Below are positions 63,389 through 64,000 of a stretch of 64,000 nucleotides of DNA, piece after piece. The notes below the pieces were generated by a model. That model saw nothing but the letters and a program-made list of their open reading frames with translations, made no database searches and had not been told where the DNA came from. Within the stretch, counting starts at the first letter, position 1; each line of letters begins with the position of its first letter. Source of the stretch: Microcystaceae cyanobacterium. Its GTDB lineage: Bacteria > Cyanobacteriota > Cyanobacteriia > Cyanobacteriales > Microcystaceae. The stretch lies in NCBI GenBank assembly GCA_041746575.1, contig JBGTGT010000120.1, positions 1 through 64,000 on the forward strand. Direction: 5' to 3'. The position numbers and the translations under genes were made by a program.

Positions 63389-64000
63389 ATGAATTTTGAG
63401 CAATTATTCACCCTCATTGAAAGGCTGGTATTGTGCCATTCTCCTAGTGGTGTTGAAACTGAAATTGATCAATTTATTTTTAATTATATTGCGAATTTAA
63501 ATTTAAATTCATGGCAAGATCAAGCCGGTAATATTATTATTAAAATAGCCGGAGAAAAAGCGACGGAAACCATTGCCATTACTGCTCATAAAGACGAAAT
63601 TGGCATGATTGTTAAAGGCATTGATGAACAAGGAAGTTTACATCTCAGAAAAGTCGGGGGAGCTTTTCCTTGGGTATATGGGGAAGGGGTGGTAGATATT
63701 ATCGGAGATTACGCCATTCTTAGCGGTATTCTCTCCTTTGGTTCGCGCCATGTTTCCCATGAATCACCGCAAAAAGCACAGCAAGAAAATTTACCGGTAA
63801 CGTGGGAAAATACTTGGGTCGAAATGCCCTATTCGCCAGCAGAATTAAAGAAAGCAGGGATTCACATTGGCAGTCGAGCGGTGGTCGGTAAACATCGGAA
63901 AAAACCGATCAGACTTAATGATTATATTGCCAGTTATACCCTTGATAATAAAGCATCTCTGGCGATTTTATTAACCCTTGCCCAACAGCTTAAAAAACCG
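63389..64000 (+). CDS. M42 family metallopeptidase (partial, runs off the window)
   Basis: HSPSGVE, DQAGN, ITAHKDEIG, TLDNKAS; open to the window end. Confidence 0.9.
   Translation, partial: MNFEQLFTLIERLVLCHSPSGVETEIDQFIFNYIANLNLNSWQDQAGNIIIKIAGEKATETIAITAHKDEIGMIVKGIDEQGSLHLRKVGGAFPWVYGEGVVDIIGDYAILSGILSFGSRHVSHESPQKAQQENLPVTWENTWVEMPYSPAELKKAGIHIGSRAVVGKHRKKPIRLNDYIASYTLDNKASLAILLTLAQQLKKP

Overview
Chromosomal window from a cyanobacterium. Evidence: psbU, petL, an hli gene, narB/narM, and frequent HIP1 octamers (GCGATCGC). Gene content suggests a unicellular Chroococcales-type organism, but that is inference. The first ~45 kb is mostly housekeeping: rpsL-rpsG-fusA-tuf-rpsJ, rpoZ, pilMNOQ, rimP-nusA-ylxR-infB, narB-narM, dgt, aqpZ, moeA, htpX, ureF, rfbCD, aroB/petL, an Anabaena-type sucrose-phosphate synthase and lgt. 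Scattered accessory genes include a Tat-exported multicopper oxidase, an HTH/NB-ARC protein and a PEP-CTERM-like protein. From ~45.3 to 60.6 kb the region is accessory and partly decaying. It holds a sulfation/glycosylation module next to the guaA 3' end: a truncated sulfotransferase, a GT2, an arylsulfotransferase, a membrane-anchored sulfotransferase and a coupled small 'AYVGPGAG' protein. It also holds several disrupted genes: DUF29, an IS630 remnant, a fucosyltransferase-like gene, and a PAS-GGDEF-EAL gene with one in-frame TGA inside the EAL domain. Three small ORFs missing from the supplied ORF track were found (petL, hli, a 50-aa membrane protein). Best candidates for novelty are the sulfation module, a structured leader with two alternative pairings upstream of the sucrose-phosphate synthase, and the EAL nonsense codon. 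No tRNA, rRNA or CRISPR array was seen. All family calls come from motif recognition by eye, not database searches.
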